Shown piece by piece: positions 36,351-47,554 of a stretch of 64,000 nucleotides of DNA. This DNA comes from an uncultured Bacilli bacterium (GTDB lineage Bacteria; Bacillota_I; Bacilli_A; RF39; UBA660): NCBI GenBank assembly GCA_934120635.1, contig CAKOUR010000002.1, positions 22,006-86,005 on the forward strand, in the 5' to 3' direction. Both the position numbers and the translations under genes were made by a program. The number at the start of each line of letters is the position of its first letter. Positions within the stretch are counted from its first letter, which is position 1. The notes beneath the pieces were generated by a model. The model was not told where the DNA came from, did not search any database, and was given only the letters and a program-made list of their open reading frames with translations.

Positions 36351-36449
36351 ATTACTCTCCTCTTCATTTTCATATTATTCTTACTCAGTATATCATAAAT
36401 TAATAAAACTAAGAAGAGATAATAAAAATAAATAAAGTAATTTGACACT

Positions 36450-37583
36450 TTATTTATTTAAAAATTTATAATATTTCTTAAACTCTTGGGAATTATCTAA
36501 TGAAGTATTATTTAATGATTCAATTAATTTCTTTTGATCTCTTGTTAATTTTTCTGGAATGATAACTTTCGTGATAACATACATATCCCCTTTTCTTTTT
36601 GTTGTAACATTGGTTACTCCTTTTCCTTTTAAGCGTAATTTTGCACCAGATTGAGTACCTGAAGGGATAGATAAGTTAACATTTCCATAAAGAGTTGGAA
36701 CTTCTTTTTTGCATCCTAAAATGGCTTCTGTAATGGTAAGAGGAAGTTCAATATAAATATTATCTTCATCTCTTTGGTAAAACTCATGGTCTCTTACTGT
36801 AAATTCTACATATAAATCTCCTGGTTTTCCTCCGTTTGCTCCAGCTTCTCCCTTTCCTGCTACTCGAAGTCGATTATCGGTATCAATTCCTTCTGGGATA
36901 GTAATCGTTATTGTTTTGTTCTTTTTTACTGTACCTGTTCCTCTACATGTTGAGCATTTTTTCTCAAAACTTGTTCCTGATCCTTTACAATCTGGACAAG
37001 TTGTTTTGGTTAAGAAACTTCCAAACATGGTTCTTTGCTCAGAAGTTACTGTTCCTGAACCTCTACATGTTGAGCAAGTACTAGGATTAAATCCACCTTT
37101 TCCATCGCAATCTGGACAAGTATCTACAATATCTAGTTTCAAGTCTTTCTTTGTTCCATAAACAGCTTCTTCAAAATCAATGGTCATTCGATACAAAACA
37201 TCATTGCCTTTTCGTGGCCCATTAGAACTTCTTCTTGATCCTGATTGTGTGAATCCAGAGAATCCTCCAAAACCACCCATGCCGCCAAACAAGTCTTCAA
37301 AAATATCTGACATGTCTCCAAAGTCAAAGTTGCTAAATCCTCCTGCTCCACCTGCTCCTTGTTGGAAAGCAGCATGACCAAACTGATCATATTGTTTTCT
37401 TTTACTTGGATCAGATAATACAGCATAAGCTTCTTGACATTCTTTAAATTTTTCAGCAGCATCTGGTTCTTTTGATACATCAGGATGATATTTTTTTGCT
37501 AATTTACGAAAAGCAGACTTAATCTCAGCATCAGTTGCATCCTTAGAAACACCTAAGACTTCATAATAATCTTTTTTATCCAT
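36450..37583 (-). CDS. dnaJ: chaperone DnaJ
   Basis: J-domain with HPD (KKYHPDV), a G/F-rich region, and four CxxCxGxG zinc-finger repeats. Confidence 0.97.
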   Translation of the reverse strand: MDKKDYYEVLGVSKDATDAEIKSAFRKLAKKYHPDVSKEPDAAEKFKECQEAYAVLSDPSKRKQYDQFGHAAFQQGAGGAGGFSNFDFGDMSDIFEDLFGGMGGFGGFSGFTQSGSRRSSNGPRKGNDVLYRMTIDFEEAVYGTKKDLKLDIVDTCPDCDGKGGFNPSTCSTCRGSGTVTSEQRTMFGSFLTKTTCPDCKGSGTSFEKKCSTCRGTGTVKKNKTITITIPEGIDTDNRLRVAGKGEAGANGGKPGDLYVEFTVRDHEFYQRDEDNIYIELPLTITEAILGCKKEVPTLYGNVNLSIPSGTQSGAKLRLKGKGVTNVTTKRKGDMYVITKVIIPEKLTRDQKKLIESLNNTSLDNSQEFKKYYKFLNK

Positions 37584-37656
37584 CTTTATTCCTACTTTCT
37601 TTTGTTATTTTTTTGATAAAGAAGAAGTTCTAGTTACCTAGAACTTGTTTTCTTTA

Positions 37657-39495
<1,839 letters not shown>

Positions 39496-39507
39496 TCACC
39501 TTTCCTT

Positions 39508-39732
39508 TTATTTATTATCATGACTTTCTTCGTCAATAATGACTATTTTTTTCTTCTTCTTTTTATTGCTATTCACATTCTTATTGCTTTTCTTTAATTT
39601 TTCATAAATGAAATAAGCAAGCAAAGCAACCAAAATAAATGGTAATACCCAAATCATAAAGTGAATAGCAAGGTAAGATAGTAATATTGCTATAATGAGA
39701 TAAATGATATCTTTTATCTTTTCTTTATTCAT
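39508..39732 (-). CDS. small two-TM membrane protein inserted between grpE and dnaK
   Basis: 74 aa. Strong AAGGAG SD overlapping the grpE stop, two hydrophobic helices, then a poly-Lys tail. Confidence 0.6.
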   Translation of the reverse strand: MNKEKIKDIIYLIIAILLSYLAIHFMIWVLPFILVALLAYFIYEKLKKSNKNVNSNKKKKKKIVIIDEESHDNK

Positions 39733-39742
39733 TTATATCTCC

Positions 39743-40357
39743 TTACTCATTTACTTTTACCATAGCAGGCCTTATTACTCTATCCTTATAAATATAACCT
39801 TTTTGTAATACTTCTAAAACAACGCCTGCCGGTTTAGACTCATCATGGTCAGTTAGGACTGCATGATGATATTCAGGATCAAATTCTATTCCTTCAGCTT
39901 GAATTTCTTTTACTTCAAACTTATTTAAAATTCCTATCGTTGTAGTATAGATTAATTTAAATCCTGCTAAAAACTTAGATACTTCATCAGATAAATCATT
40001 ATCATCCATCGAGATTGCTCGCTCAAAGTTATCTACAACAGTTAATAATTCTTTGATTAAATCTTCGTTTTTATACTTTAATACTTTCTCACTTTCTTCT
40101 TCTTTTCTTCTTTTATAGTTTTGCAGTTCAGCTTGATTTCTTAAAAGTGCTTCTTGCATAGATGTTAATTTCTGATTTAAAATTTCTATTTGTTTTTTGC
40201 TTTCTTCTAAATCCTGTTCCATCTTTTCTCGTAGTTCTTTTTCTTTACTGCATTTGCATTCTTTTTTATTTTTACTAATTACTTTATCAGTATTTTCTTC
40301 ATTTAATTTTTCTTTATTATCTATCATTTCTTCTTGATGATTTTTATGTTTACTCAT
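39743..40357 (-). CDS. grpE: nucleotide exchange factor GrpE
   Basis: Coiled-coil N-terminus then GrpE core (LLTVVDNFERA, FDPEYHHAV, GYIYKDRVIRPAMVKV). Confidence 0.93.
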   Translation of the reverse strand: MSKHKNHQEEMIDNKEKLNEENTDKVISKNKKECKCSKEKELREKMEQDLEESKKQIEILNQKLTSMQEALLRNQAELQNYKRRKEEESEKVLKYKNEDLIKELLTVVDNFERAISMDDNDLSDEVSKFLAGFKLIYTTTIGILNKFEVKEIQAEGIEFDPEYHHAVLTDHDESKPAGVVLEVLQKGYIYKDRVIRPAMVKVNE

Positions 40358-41345
40358 TTTCGCCTCCTAAATGACTTTTGATATAATCTAGTAGACTAAC
40401 TACTTTATCGTATTCCATTCTTTTTGGTCCTACAATTGCAATTGTTCCTTCTTCTCCATTTACATTATATTTTGTCTTAACAACAGATGTATCATTGGTA
40501 ATTTCTGATTCACTTCCAACATAAATATGTATACCATTGTTTTCTTCTTCTTTAATAGAACTCACATCTTCAAATTTAGAAAGAATCTCTTTTACTTTTT
40601 CAATGTTAGAAAACTCTGGCTGCTTTAGAAAATTATTTTTTCCTACGAAGTGGACATCATTATTACTACTCGTAAATTCTGAGAAGGCATCATAAAAGGC
40701 ATTGTATAATACTTCGTGTTGTTTAACATACTTACCAATAATTGGTTTTACTTCGTACTCTAATTTTTCAGAGATTTCATTAATAGGTGTTCCTACTACT
40801 AATTTGTTGATTAACTCTACTGTTTTTCTGACATCTTCTGTAGAAATATTACTTGGTAAGTATAAATTTTTATGTTCGACAACTCCTTTATCTGTAATAA
40901 CAATTGTTAGAATTTTATTTTCTTCTAATGGAACAATTTCTACTTGCTTTAAGCGGTTAGCCTTAGCACTAGTTCCTAATACTATTGAAGTGTAATTGGT
41001 AATTTCTGATACGATTTCGATACTTTTTTTGATTGTATCAGATAAATCAAGAGATTGGTTTTTAAAAATAGTTTGTAGTTTTAGCATATCTTCTCCTGTC
41101 ATATTCTTTGGTTGCATTAGGTTATCTACATAATATTTATATCCCTTTTCACTAGGAATTCTTCCTGATGCAAAGTGATTTTTTTCTAAATATCCTAAAT
41201 CTTCTAAGTATACCATTTCATTACGAATGGTAGCACTAGAACATTTGATGTTTTTGCAAATATGAGAGGAACTTACTGGTTTAGCTGTTTTGATATATTC
41301 TTCTACAATGATTCTTAAAATTTGATTTTCTCTTTCAGATATCAT
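40350..41345 (-). CDS. hrcA: heat-inducible transcription repressor HrcA
   Basis: Winged-helix N-terminus (RENQILRIIVEEYIKTAKPVSS) and ...IAIVGPKRMEYDKV near the C-terminus. Confidence 0.93.
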   Translation of the reverse strand: MISERENQILRIIVEEYIKTAKPVSSSHICKNIKCSSATIRNEMVYLEDLGYLEKNHFASGRIPSEKGYKYYVDNLMQPKNMTGEDMLKLQTIFKNQSLDLSDTIKKSIEIVSEITNYTSIVLGTSAKANRLKQVEIVPLEENKILTIVITDKGVVEHKNLYLPSNISTEDVRKTVELINKLVVGTPINEISEKLEYEVKPIIGKYVKQHEVLYNAFYDAFSEFTSSNNDVHFVGKNNFLKQPEFSNIEKVKEILSKFEDVSSIKEEENNGIHIYVGSESEITNDTSVVKTKYNVNGEEGTIAIVGPKRMEYDKVVSLLDYIKSHLGGENE

Positions 41346-41358
41346 CTTTTACCACTCC

Positions 41359-41385
41359 TTAGCAATTCCTTTTTCTGAATGCTAG
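41359..41385. promoter_or_regulatory. second, degenerate CIRCE-like element in the hrcA leader
   Basis: The minus strand reads CTAGCATTC-N9-AATTGCTAA, between the -10 box and the SD. One half-site matches the variant operator and the other is imperfect. Confidence 0.45.
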
Positions 41386-41389
41386 ATTC

Positions 41390-41418
41390 ATTATAGTATA
41401 TTATATTAGCAATGTCAA
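41390..41418 (-). promoter_or_regulatory. hrcA operon SigA-type promoter (TTGACA-17 nt-TATAAT)
   Basis: On the minus strand, TTGACA is at 41418-41413 and TATAAT at 41395-41390. Confidence 0.65.
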
Positions 41419-41432
41419 TAAATAATTGCTAA
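41406..41432. promoter_or_regulatory. CIRCE-like HrcA operator variant TTAGCAAT-N11-ATTGCTAA at the hrcA promoter
   Basis: Perfect 8-bp inverted repeat whose spacer contains the -35 TTGACA. Same arrangement as at clpB. Confidence 0.7.
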
Positions 41433-41509
41433 TTTTTTTAAAAAAAGAAAAATACTTATTCAACTTGAATACTTTCTATATAGAATCAAGCTAAGTAAGT
41501 ATTTTATTT

Positions 41510-42946
41510 TTATTTTGTAATATTTTTTAAAATAACAGTTTTTGTTCTAGACATTTCTCTTAGAGTTGTCATTATTCCTTCATTTCCAATTCCAGAATAT
41601 TTCCATCCACCAAATGGTTGTTCAAAACTTCTAAAGAAACTTGCTCCATTAATAACAAATCCACCACATTCCATCATTTCACTTACTTTGATGGCTTTAT
41701 TCATATCTTTGGTAATGATAGAGCCTGATAATCCGTAAATAGATTGGTTGGCAATTTCTACTGCTTCTTCTATTGTATCAAAACCTATAACTGAGATGAC
41801 TGGTCCAAAAATTTCCATATCTTTTGCTACATCCATATCTTTGGTAACGCCATCAAGTATAGTTGGTTCATAGAAAGCACCATTTCTTCTTCCACCGTAA
41901 ACTACTTTTGCCCCTTGTTCTACTGTTTTATTTACTTGACTTTCTACCTCAATTGCTGCTTCTTCACTAATTAAGCAACCAATATCTGTATCCATTTCAT
42001 TTGGATATCCTACTTTTAATGTCTTAATTTTTTCAATCATTTTATCAATATATTGTTGTTTTACTGAATTTTGAATTAAAAATCTTTTACTAGCACAACA
42101 AACTTGTCCAGTATTGTAAAGTCTTCCCCAAACGGTTTCTTCGACAGCTAGGTCAATATCACCATCTTCACATAAAATGAAAGCATCGTTTCCTCCTAGT
42201 TCTAGTGATGAGTGTGCTAAGTGTGAAGCACATCTTTCTGCTGCATCAATACCAGCTGCTGTTGAACCAGTCAAGCTTACAATAGAAACTTTTTTATTTG
42301 AAGTTAAAGCTTCTCCTACTACTTTTCCTGATCCATGTACAACAGAGATAACTCCTGCTGGCACCCCTGCTTCTACTAATAATTCAACATATTTAGTTAG
42401 AGTTAATGGATTTACACTAGCAGGTTTTAAGATTGCTGCATTTCCCATTAATAATGCAGGTGGAATCTTATTAATAAAGATATCACTTGGGAAATTAAAT
42501 GGAATAATTGCTACCATTACTCCTAATGGTTGTTGAATTGTATATTGAATTGTATTTTCTTGCCCTTTTTCTGTTCCTCTTGGGATCATGTTCCCATAGT
42601 CATGTTTAATTTTTTCTACATATGCAGGTACACCAATAGAGATGTTAGCAATTTCATTGTATGCTTCTTTAATAGGCTTTCCTGTTTCATCAGATAAAGT
42701 TTTTGCTAAAGAATCTTTATCTCTTTCTACTAAACTAACAAATTTTGATAAAATTTCACATCTTTCATGAATAGATAATTTTGCCCAATCTTTTTGCACA
42801 TTATAAGCATAATCTACTGCTTCATTTACTTCTTCAGCTGATAGACTTGGTACAGTATCAATAAGTTCATTAGTTGCTGGATTTTTTACTTCAATAACGC
42901 TTCCATCTTTTGCATCGCGCCATTCTTTTCCAATTAAACTTTTCAT
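41510..42946 (-). CDS. NAD(P)-dependent aldehyde dehydrogenase family protein
   Basis: ALDH motifs LELGGND (catalytic Glu) and GQVCCASKR (catalytic Cys), plus EIFGPV. 478 aa. Confidence 0.9.
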   Translation of the reverse strand: MKSLIGKEWRDAKDGSVIEVKNPATNELIDTVPSLSAEEVNEAVDYAYNVQKDWAKLSIHERCEILSKFVSLVERDKDSLAKTLSDETGKPIKEAYNEIANISIGVPAYVEKIKHDYGNMIPRGTEKGQENTIQYTIQQPLGVMVAIIPFNFPSDIFINKIPPALLMGNAAILKPASVNPLTLTKYVELLVEAGVPAGVISVVHGSGKVVGEALTSNKKVSIVSLTGSTAAGIDAAERCASHLAHSSLELGGNDAFILCEDGDIDLAVEETVWGRLYNTGQVCCASKRFLIQNSVKQQYIDKMIEKIKTLKVGYPNEMDTDIGCLISEEAAIEVESQVNKTVEQGAKVVYGGRRNGAFYEPTILDGVTKDMDVAKDMEIFGPVISVIGFDTIEEAVEIANQSIYGLSGSIITKDMNKAIKVSEMMECGGFVINGASFFRSFEQPFGGWKYSGIGNEGIMTTLREMSRTKTVILKNITK

Positions 42947-43035
42947 TTTTCCTCCTCTATTTAATACCCTCTTGGTATTATATTTTTAGTATACATTTAT
43001 CAATCTATTTTTTCAAGTAAATTTACAAAATTTAT

Positions 43036-43076
43036 CAAAAAAAGAAAAATAAGTAAGCAGATTTTTGCTTACTTAT
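43036..43076 (-). terminator. intrinsic terminator of the surface-protein gene
   Basis: The minus strand reads ATAAGTAAGCA-AAAATC-TGCTTACTTAT followed by TTTTCTTTTTTT. The stop codon lies inside the stem. Confidence 0.7.
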
Positions 43077-45549
43077 GAATTCTTCTTTTTCTAATTTTTT
43101 GTGTTATAGATAGTTTATTTTTTTTAATGATAAAGTAATAACTTATTCCTCCCAATACTGCTACTACTAATAAGATTATTAATACTTTATATAATTTATC
43201 CATTCCCGTTTTTACTTCTTGAATTTTTTTATCATACATAGTCAATTTATTATTAGTTAGGCTTTTACCATCTTTATCTGTCAATGTGCCATCAGGTTTC
43301 ATTGTAAAAATAATTGACTCTGCTGTAGAATAGCCTTTTGGTGCTATTTTTTCAACAAGATAATATGTTCCTGCTGGAAGGCCAGATATTGTCTTCGGTT
43401 TATCTGATGATGTCCATGTTGCCTCTGTTCCATCTGCTAATATGACTGGAATACATTCATCTGTATATTGATCATTTAGTGTTTTTACATTACCATTTTC
43501 ATCTGTATAAGTACTACAAATACTTATTGTTGCTCCTGAAAGTTCTTTATTATTAGCAACATCTGTTTTACTAATGTTAAAAGTATTTAGTTTATTTTTT
43601 ATTATTATCAAATTATCTTTTACTGTTTGATTTCCAGTACTTACTTCTCCTGCTGCATTTATATTAAACTGTGTTGCAGAAGTAGCTATAACATATCCAC
43701 TTGGTGGTGTTGTTTCTACTATATAGTAATCCCCTTGTTTTAGTCCATTGAACTCTACTGGTGTTGAACTAGAAATCCATGTCATTTCAACATCATTAAT
43801 TGTTTTGGCAGGATCACATTTTTCTTTTTTTTCTTTATAGGTTGCTGATGTACAAATTTTTAGTGTCGCTCCTTCTACTTCTTCATCTCCTGATGCAGCT
43901 CTTTTACTTATTTTTATATTATTTTTAACATTTACTTTAGTTATTACTAGATTCCCACTAGATTTAGAAACTTTAATATATTTATCTTTTTCGCTACAAA
44001 AAGTTTCATCATCAACTTTCTTTTTCGAAGTATTATTATAACATATTTTTTCATATGTAACTTTAGGGGCTGTCGGTTGCTCTGTTTCGCCGTTAGCACC
44101 ACCTTCTGTATTATCATTAGGTGTTGTTGTATTTTCTGATGTATTTCCTCCGGTAGAAGGAGTACTTGATGAATCACCAGTATCTGGACTAGTGAAATCA
44201 CAATTTTCTTTTTCGGAAAGATTTATTGGATCTCCTCCAGTAGAGGCTTGACATTTATATTCATAAGAAGAAAAATTACATCTTTCAATATCAACTTCTT
44301 TTGTTGCGTCATTTTCTGAATTATAATAGCATTTTACGCTATTGGTATTATGATTTACATTAGGATCATAAGTATATATATTTGTTTTTGAACTTTTAGG
44401 ATCAAGTATATATCCAACTGGAGATGATTTCTCTACTAAATAATAATTATGTTTGAAAAAATCATCATCTGCTGTTGCTAATGTAGGACTGGTATAACTT
44501 ACTGTAGAAATTCCATTTTTATTAGATGCTAATAAATTATTTTTATTATTTACATCATCTTTATAAATTTCTAAGGAAGAACCTGTTAATAGCTCTCCAG
44601 ATTCATCTACTTTATAGCCAATAATTCTATGATTGGTTAATGATGGAACAGTTAATTGTACTGATTGACTTGTGCCTCTATTCACATTAAAATCTCCGCT
44701 AGTAATTAAAGTTTGATTTCCTGTCTTTAAATAGCGAATCGAAGTTGGATATTTACTAGAATTTGTACCTTTAACATTTATTTTAATTGTACTATCTTTG
44801 TCTGCTCCAGTGACCTTGATATAGAATGGGTAATCATCTTTTCTACCACTAAAATTAATTGTTGATGTGCAACCAGTCCCATTTGAGTTTTTACAAAAAC
44901 TAACTGTTCCTTTTGTAGATGATGCACTAAGAGTATAACTTACCTTATCTGAACTTTCCCCTACATACTCTTTTAACCCTGATAAAGTAATTTTATCTGA
45001 AATATAGGTTGAACCAGAAATATAATTTAATACGCTATCTGTTAATTTAAATGATGGTTTACTTATACTTTTACTTAGTACTATTTTTTTATATTTGTTC
45101 ATTACGTCATCGTAAATAGTTTTTATCGTTTTATTTGTAGCATAAAAATTTCTAGAACTTCCTGAATTTAGGGCTTTATTAAAATAAGTATTAATTACTG
45201 CTGCTGTCATTGCATAAGCTTTGGTTCCAGTATATTTTTTATTTACTTCTTCAATAATCATTCCTGCTATGATAGCTTTTTTACTATCTTTTTTCCACTT
45301 ACTATCTTGAGTATATCTAGTGTTACCATCAGGTATTTTTACATACAGTTGAGTACAGTAAGCATACTTATCTCCTATTTTCTTTATGCAATCTTTACCC
45401 ATATCAGTACCGTTTACAGTGCTATATGCTCCAGTTGTATGATTAAAATAGTAACAAACTCCTGTAGATGTATATGTAATTGCATTTACATTCTTTAAGT
45501 TTAAGAACATCATTATTATGAAACTTAAAAGCAATTTATTTTTTTTCAT
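43069..45549 (-). CDS. surface protein with three SpaA/Cna-B-type (prealbumin-like) domains
   Basis: Signal peptide. Three repeats carry the G.Y.L.E...P.GY signature (HNYYLVEKSSPVGY, GDYYIVETTPPSGY, GTYYLVEKIAPKGY). A Thr/Gly/Asn-rich linker and a C-terminal hydrophobic helix plus basic tail, but no LPXTG. Confidence 0.9.
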   Translation of the reverse strand: MKKNKLLLSFIIMMFLNLKNVNAITYTSTGVCYYFNHTTGAYSTVNGTDMGKDCIKKIGDKYAYCTQLYVKIPDGNTRYTQDSKWKKDSKKAIIAGMIIEEVNKKYTGTKAYAMTAAVINTYFNKALNSGSSRNFYATNKTIKTIYDDVMNKYKKIVLSKSISKPSFKLTDSVLNYISGSTYISDKITLSGLKEYVGESSDKVSYTLSASSTKGTVSFCKNSNGTGCTSTINFSGRKDDYPFYIKVTGADKDSTIKINVKGTNSSKYPTSIRYLKTGNQTLITSGDFNVNRGTSQSVQLTVPSLTNHRIIGYKVDESGELLTGSSLEIYKDDVNNKNNLLASNKNGISTVSYTSPTLATADDDFFKHNYYLVEKSSPVGYILDPKSSKTNIYTYDPNVNHNTNSVKCYYNSENDATKEVDIERCNFSSYEYKCQASTGGDPINLSEKENCDFTSPDTGDSSSTPSTGGNTSENTTTPNDNTEGGANGETEQPTAPKVTYEKICYNNTSKKKVDDETFCSEKDKYIKVSKSSGNLVITKVNVKNNIKISKRAASGDEEVEGATLKICTSATYKEKKEKCDPAKTINDVEMTWISSSTPVEFNGLKQGDYYIVETTPPSGYVIATSATQFNINAAGEVSTGNQTVKDNLIIIKNKLNTFNISKTDVANNKELSGATISICSTYTDENGNVKTLNDQYTDECIPVILADGTEATWTSSDKPKTISGLPAGTYYLVEKIAPKGYSTAESIIFTMKPDGTLTDKDGKSLTNNKLTMYDKKIQEVKTGMDKLYKVLIILLVVAVLGGISYYFIIKKNKLSITQKIRKRRIHK

Positions 45550-45679
45550 CTAATTCACTCCTTCTTATTATGAAATAAGTATAGCATTTTTGTTTGACAG
45601 ATACAATAATTTTATAGTATAAATTTGTTAACTTTGATGTAAAGTAATAATAGAATATATTTCCAAAACAATTTTTACA

Positions 45680-45688
45680 TGATATAAT
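45680..45688 (+). promoter_or_regulatory. candidate extended -10 (TGATATAAT) for the deacetylase gene
   Basis: Exact TGATATAAT 18-27 nt upstream of the candidate start codons. Confidence 0.45.
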
Positions 45689-45714
45689 AATAGGCGATGT
45701 AGGTTGTGATAAAA

Positions 45715-47142
45715 ATGAAAGAAATTAAGAAGAAAAAGATAAAGAAAAAGAAAAAATTTTATACTATAGCAACGATTGTTTTACTTATTTCTATGGTTTT
45801 TACTTTTTGTTTTTGTTATCTTTTAACTCCTAAAATAGAAATAGAAAAAAAGAAAGCAACATTTAATTATGATGAAAAAGTAACTATTCCTAAATATCAT
45901 GCTTATGCTATGAATAAAGAAATCGATAAAAAAGTTAAAGTTAAAAGCGATGTTAAAGAACATGAAGTCGGTAATTATTTTGTTCATTATCAAGTTAAAT
46001 ATTCTTTTTTTTCTGTTGAAAAGCTTGCTTTAATTAAAATTGTTGATAAAAAAAAGCCTGAAATTATTTTAAAAGGAGCTAAAGATGTTTATGTTTGTCC
46101 TTCGGAAAAATATGAAGAAATTGGTTTTAGTGCTAAGGATGAATATGATGGAGATCTTACTGATAAGGTTTTAATTAAGAATGATAAAGATAAAATTTAT
46201 TATAAAGTGGAAGATTCTTCTCATAATACTTTTGTTACTTCAAGAAATGTTTATTATGAAGATAAAGAAAAGCCTGTAATTACTTTAAAGGGTAGTAATA
46301 AAATGTATTTATATTTAAATAATACTTATAAAGAACCTGGTTTTGATGTTAAAGATAATTGTGATAAGAATATAGAGGTTAAAGTTTCAGGAACAGTTAA
46401 TGCAAAAAAAGTTGGAACTTATAAAATTACTTATACTGCTACTGATAATAGTAATAATACTTCTAGTGTAGAAAGATATGTAGAAGTAATTTCTAATCAA
46501 GAATCCGGGAAAGGAATTATTTATCTTACTTTTGATGATGGTCCTAGTAATAGTATTACCCCTAAGGTATTAGAAATTTTAAAAAATAAAGGCATACTTG
46601 CTACTTTCTTTGTGATTAATCATGATGATAGTTTAAATTATTTAATCAAAAGAGAATATACAGAAGGACATAGTGTTGCTCTACATAGTTATACTCATAA
46701 TTATCAATATATTTATAGTTCAGTAGATAATTATTTTAGTGATTTAAATAAAATTAGAGATAAAGTTTATAAAATTACTGGAGAATATGCTAATATTATT
46801 CGTTTTCCTGGTGGTGGAAGTAATACTATTAGTAAAAAGTATCAACCTGGTATTATGAGTCAACTAACAAGTGATGTTTCAAATAAAGGATTTCATTATT
46901 TTGATTGGAATGTAGACTGTCAAGATGGGGCTGGTGTTAGAGATCCTAATCGAATTTATCAAAATGTGATTGGTTCTTTATCTAAATCAAGAGAAAATGT
47001 TGTTTTAATGCATGATTTTGAAAATAACTATGGTACATTAAATGCTCTTGAAAATATTATTGACTATGGAATTCAAAATGGATATCAATTTAGAAAAATT
47101 ACGATGAATACTGCAGAAGTTCATCATAGACCCAATAATTAA
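45715..47142 (+). CDS. membrane-anchored polysaccharide deacetylase (NodB/CE4) with Ig-like (DUF5011-type) repeats
   Basis: N-terminal TM. Two repeats of the KPEIILKG...Y.E.GF.A.D..DGDLT type. CE4 motifs TFDDGPS, HSYTH, RFPGG and LMHD. An alternative GTG start lies at 45706. Confidence 0.9.
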   Translation: MKEIKKKKIKKKKKFYTIATIVLLISMVFTFCFCYLLTPKIEIEKKKATFNYDEKVTIPKYHAYAMNKEIDKKVKVKSDVKEHEVGNYFVHYQVKYSFFSVEKLALIKIVDKKKPEIILKGAKDVYVCPSEKYEEIGFSAKDEYDGDLTDKVLIKNDKDKIYYKVEDSSHNTFVTSRNVYYEDKEKPVITLKGSNKMYLYLNNTYKEPGFDVKDNCDKNIEVKVSGTVNAKKVGTYKITYTATDNSNNTSSVERYVEVISNQESGKGIIYLTFDDGPSNSITPKVLEILKNKGILATFFVINHDDSLNYLIKREYTEGHSVALHSYTHNYQYIYSSVDNYFSDLNKIRDKVYKITGEYANIIRFPGGGSNTISKKYQPGIMSQLTSDVSNKGFHYFDWNVDCQDGAGVRDPNRIYQNVIGSLSKSRENVVLMHDFENNYGTLNALENIIDYGIQNGYQFRKITMNTAEVHHRPNN

Positions 47143-47172
47143 AAAAATCTTATCATAATGATGAGATTTTTT
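47143..47172 (+). terminator. intrinsic terminator after the deacetylase gene
   Basis: ATCTTATCA-TAA-TGATGAGAT (one G-U pair) followed by TTTTTT. Confidence 0.7.
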
Positions 47173-47250
47173 ATTGGGTGATTGGAATTTTTTTTAAAAT
47201 ACTTCATAAGTTTTATTGTAAGTGTTATAGAAAGGAATGAATAAAAAAAT

Positions 47251-47511
47251 ATGGAAACTTTAAAAGTAAGTACAAAATCTAATCCTAATTCTGTTGCAGG
47301 AGCACTAGCAAATGTATTTAGGGAGCATGGATGTGTAGAAATCCAAGCAATTGGAGCTGGTGCATTAAATCAGGCAATTAAAGCAATTGCTATTGCTAGA
47401 GGATTTGTTGCTCCTTCTGGTAAAAATTTAGTTTGTATTCCAGCTTTTACTGATATTCAAATTGATGGTGAAGAAAGAACAGCAATAAAATTAATTGTTG
47501 AAGCAAATTAA
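47251..47511 (+). CDS. spoVS: stage V sporulation protein S family
   Basis: 86 aa. LKVSTKSNPNSVAGALANV...IQAIGAGALNQAIKAIAIARGF is essentially the SpoVS consensus. Confidence 0.93.
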   Translation: METLKVSTKSNPNSVAGALANVFREHGCVEIQAIGAGALNQAIKAIAIARGFVAPSGKNLVCIPAFTDIQIDGEERTAIKLIVEAN

Positions 47512-47554
47512 AAAAGGTTATAAAGAACCAGTTTTAGTTCTTTATAACCTTTTT
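47512..47554. terminator. bidirectional terminator between spoVS and the convergent operon
   Basis: Perfect 17-bp stem AAAAGGTTATAAAGAAC-(8 nt)-GTTCTTTATAACCTTTT, with flanking A and T runs. Confidence 0.8.

Noticed and set aside
34353-36449. Calling the AT-rich islet a prophage or mobile element
   Set aside because: No integrase, recombinase, transposase, terminal repeats or tRNA attachment site are visible. Only one truncated holin-like ORF points to phage origin, so it is reported as an observation and not as a mobile_element feature.
41455-41505. Hairpin downstream of the aldehyde dehydrogenase gene as a terminator
   Set aside because: Only a 5-6 bp all-AT stem (TATTCA/TGAATA) with a minimal loop can be drawn. 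It is too weak to call.
45250-45480. Thioester (TED) adhesin domain at the N-terminus of the surface protein (YAYCTQLYVKIPDG)
   Set aside because: A Cys-Gln context exists, but I could not find the partner TQxA(I/V)W-type glutamine motif. The evidence is insufficient.
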